Assembly: GCA_002269645.1 (NCBI GenBank)
Contig: NIVC01000230.1
Span: 62,001-126,000 of the forward strand
DNA length: 64,000 nucleotides
Origin: Macrostomum lignano
Lineage: Eukaryota
Direction: 5' to 3'
In this document: positions 60,909 to 64,000 of the stretch, piece after piece
How positions within the stretch are numbered: the first letter of the stretch is position 1
Layout: the number at the start of each line of letters is the position of its first letter
The notes under the pieces: model-generated
Seen by the model: the letters and a program-made list of their open reading frames with translations, nothing else
Told to the model about the DNA's origin: nothing
Databases searched by the model: none
Translations under genes and position numbers: made by a program

Positions 60909-61559
60909 TTATCGACCCAATCCAAAGAAGGCCCTCAGTCTGCTGACACCTGTGCCGCAGTTCGAGGTACCCGACGAGCGCTGCTGCTCAAGCCCGGTTG
61001 CCACGGACAGCGGCATGTAGTGCTCAAACTGGTTGTCAGTTTTCACGTAGAGAGCCACAGCCAGGGTGCCCCGGCCGTAGTACCTGCGCAGCAGTTGGCG
61101 CCGGCGCTCGGTCAGCTGGAAGGTCGAGCTTGAAGCTCCGCCGCGGTGCCCGGCTTCGAAGACGCGATAGGCGTCAACTCTACCAGATGTCAAACGGAAC
61201 ACGGCAACCAACTCGTAAGCTGATTGATCAGACACTTTTCGCCGGTACCTGACTTCCAGCTCGGCAGCCTCAGACTCCGACATCTGCTTCGGCGGCTTCA
61301 TCGGCTCTTCTCCGTTGTTCCTCTGCTGTTGCTTCTGTTGCTGGCTGCTCCTCCTTGCCAGTCGACGGTGGATCAGCGGCCAGGGATCCTCGGAGCTGGA
61401 CGCCGGTCCGCAGCTGCCAAACGAGCCGCGAGAGCTCAGATCCCACGAGGTGGCGCCGCTGGGCCGCTGAACGTCGAACTGGTAGGGCAGGCTGCACCGC
61501 CTGTGATGGTGCTGACGAAGATTGCGGCTTAGCAGACTTTTCTGGTTGCCTGAGGGCAT
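60909..61559 (-). CDS. Hypothetical 216-aa protein, unknown family
   Basis: ATG-initiated GC-rich ORF with coding-like composition: a Q/S-rich N-half followed by a globular-looking ~90-aa segment (ELEVRYRRKV…LYVKTDNQFEHYMPL). Confidence 0.55.
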   Translation of the reverse strand: MPSGNQKSLLSRNLRQHHHRRCSLPYQFDVQRPSGATSWDLSSRGSFGSCGPASSSEDPWPLIHRRLARRSSQQQKQQQRNNGEEPMKPPKQMSESEAAELEVRYRRKVSDQSAYELVAVFRLTSGRVDAYRVFEAGHRGGASSSTFQLTERRRQLLRRYYGRGTLAVALYVKTDNQFEHYMPLSVATGLEQQRSSGTSNCGTGVSRLRAFFGLGR

Positions 61560-62089
61560 GATTGGTCTGTCTGTGTTTGATGTAGCTTGTCTGATGAGTG
61601 CTTCGATTGCTGCATCATTTTCAGTATTTATAGACCCGGGAGCCCGGCGCAGTCATTGGCTGCAGCAGACTTTATTTTTCCACTGTCGGGGAAGCAACGC
61701 GTCTTGTTGGCCGGGATTCTCCCTGCACTGAGCCAGGGAGTTCTAGAAAGAGAATCTGGACTGGAATGACTCCGGGAAATGGAAGTTGTACTTCTCACAC
61801 CTGCAACGACACAATTCCGTGTGAATCAAAATTCATTTGGGGGCTGTTGTATGAATTTTGTCCGGGAGACACTGTTGTGCGATCCACACCCAGGGAGGGC
61901 TGGCCCAGGGAGGGACAGCTGAGAGTGTACATGCTTGACGATCAGAAAGTCAAAGGGCTGCTGTACACTGTGTGAGCGTGTGGGCGTGCCTGCATATACA
62001 GTATTGGCGCGCTTGAATGTGCTTAGCTACTGTAGGATTCAGCGGAATGGGCAGATCTTTATGGACGCTGAAAGTTGTACACTAAGACA

Positions 62090-62200
62090 CTTGGAGAAAC
62101 TAAGACACTTGGACACTAAGACACTTGGACACTAAGACACTTGGAGAAACTAAGACACTTGGACACTAACACACTTGGACACTAAGACACTTAGATACTA
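62090..62200. repeat. 16-18-bp short tandem array (CTAAGACACTTGGACA)
   Basis: Directly visible. Confidence 0.88.
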
Positions 62201-63372
62201 AGAAAAAAATTAATTTTTTTCAAAGCCTCACTTTTCTATCCAAATATTTACCTTCAAGCGTCCATGGCTTTACAGTTCCCTGATTGGGGAAGGGGCGCCT
62301 CGTTTACCTCGGCAACAAGAATTCAACGCCCATCTACTTGTACAATAATTCTACCCGAGCAACCCCGCCTTCTCAATTCCCAAAATTAGAGTCTTCATAT
62401 AGCCAGTCAACTCCCAAAAGCCTTGTCTGACGCCATGTGCGGCCTCCTCCATCCTCATGGTTGCTTATTAAGGAAACATAGATGGAAGGAGCTTTAGAAG
62501 GAATTGGAGAGAGTCGGAGTGCCTGGGTGTCTGCTTGTCTACAACACTCCAGCTGTCACTCTTCGCGTAATCCCTCTTCCTTCCCCAATTCTACTGCAGT
62601 AGCCACCGAGTCACTTCCACTTCCCCAACAAATTGACCGATAATCTAGAAAGCCTTCTAATTCTTACCTAACCGGTTCTTAATACCGCGGGAAGCATGCA
62701 CGCGGGAAGGAAATCAACCATATATGGCTTACTACTGAGGCAATGACTACCCGCAGGTGAAGAGTGGGATGGAATGATATAAAACTACACACTTGGTAGT
62801 ACAATCAACGATGAGTCATCGACAGTTCAAGTCTATCCCGCAACTCGTGTAGCACCTTGCTTGGGGAGGGCGTTTACGGATTGCACTCGTTGACCTCGAT
62901 GCAAGCTCCACATTTTATTTAGAGCTAGTATAATTTTTTGTTAAGCTAAGTTGCAAAGGGGGGGCATTTTACCAGCTCATTTTACAAGCTCACAAGCAAC
63001 ATTTTACAAGAAACACAAATCCACGCAAAAATAGGCTTCAATGGACGGCGGAATGAACATGATTGCGGCCTTGAAAAGTCATCTACAAAATTGAAGCATC
63101 ATTTAGAAGCAATTTTAGCCAATTCTGCGAAAGCCGCATGTGCAAAAATGATTTCGCTGATTGATTGGTGTTTAAACGGTAGAGCTTTTTGGGAATTGTG
63201 TATCGTGGTAGTAGCTAAGGCTTCTTGAGTAATGAGGTGGCGTGGGTGCTTGAAGTTTTCTGGGTCAGTGGTCGACACCGCGATCTTGCTGCAATTAGTA
63301 TGCAAACTCTAAGACAATTCGGTCCGTCCGGGAACGAACCATTGTGACCCTCTCGGTCATCGCCACCTCCAA

Positions 63373-63470
63373 GTGAATATCGGCAGTGAGGAACGCTCAT
63401 TCTGCTTCTCCAGTGTTGAGAACGCGGAGCACTTCATCTGGGACTGCCCCACTATTACTCGTGTGAAGGT
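63373..63470 (+). mobile_element. Degenerate non-LTR retrotransposon C-terminal zinc-knuckle fragment
   Basis: RSFCFSSVENAEHFIWDCP resembles the C..C….E…H….CP motif at the end of many LINE ORF2 proteins. Short and decayed. Confidence 0.35.
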
Positions 63471-64000
63471 CTTTTTTCTTTTGCTTTGCTTTGAACGCAA
63501 AATTAATCAATTAAATTTTTCAGGGCAGCATTGCAAGACTTCACCCATCGGCTGCAGCTAACTCCCACACACCTTTACTATATACTATAATAGTTTCGCA
63601 GTCATTCAATTCCTTCTCGTTGGGCTTCGTGTAGGATTCTTGCACCTGCTCACAAAGGACGTTGCAATTCCCATCCATTGGTGTGCGACTGCAATCAAAT
63701 AATTTTCAAAGTGTTATGATTCACCCATATTTGGTAGGATCTGGAAATCTGTTTGCAAGATACTATATCCAGGGAGAAAATCTGCTAAGGGCAATATTTT
63801 TGCTATAGCTTTGTGATAATTGGTATTAAAGGTCTGGAGCTTAAGGAGAGTACTTATAAGTAGGACGATGGGAAACTATACATGTAGGTTTCTTGAAAAA
63901 TTTTAGGAGATGTAGCTGTTCTTCCAAAAATGCATTACACTGTAGATACGGTTTTCATTTTTTTCATTACAAAAATTGTTATTGCTTTTAATTTGAGACA

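Overview
Eukaryotic (animal) genomic DNA with GC-rich exons, GT-AG introns and a high load of tandem repeats and non-autonomous transposons. A flatworm such as Macrostomum is my guess from style only (repeat-filled introns, a Zic lacking ZOC/ZF-NC). Nine gene models were reconstructed by hand with consistent splice phases. Five are recognisable: Zic/odd-paired (with a 1-nt frameshift in finger 2), thiamine pyrophosphokinase TPK1, SAP30BP/HCNGP, an 8-exon mitochondrial glycerol-3-phosphate dehydrogenase GPD2, and a caveolin. Four are less certain: a ~904-aa low-complexity orphan, a divergent TIR-domain gene, a KH-like protein and a 216-aa orphan. Mobile DNA includes one complete and three partial Helitron-type elements carrying satellite arrays and a tRNA-like Pol III promoter, several MITEs with TIRs/TSDs, a tRNA-derived CORE-like SINE, and a TSD-flanked insertion in a Zic intron. 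The most interesting leads are: (1) a co-oriented TPK1-SAP30BP-GPD2 cluster in which TPK1 lacks its own ATG and starts at a phase-0 splice acceptor, as expected if a spliced leader supplies the AUG (possible operon); (2) all seven GPD2 introns filled by different minisatellites; (3) transposons apparently seeding minisatellites. All alignments and counts were made by eye.
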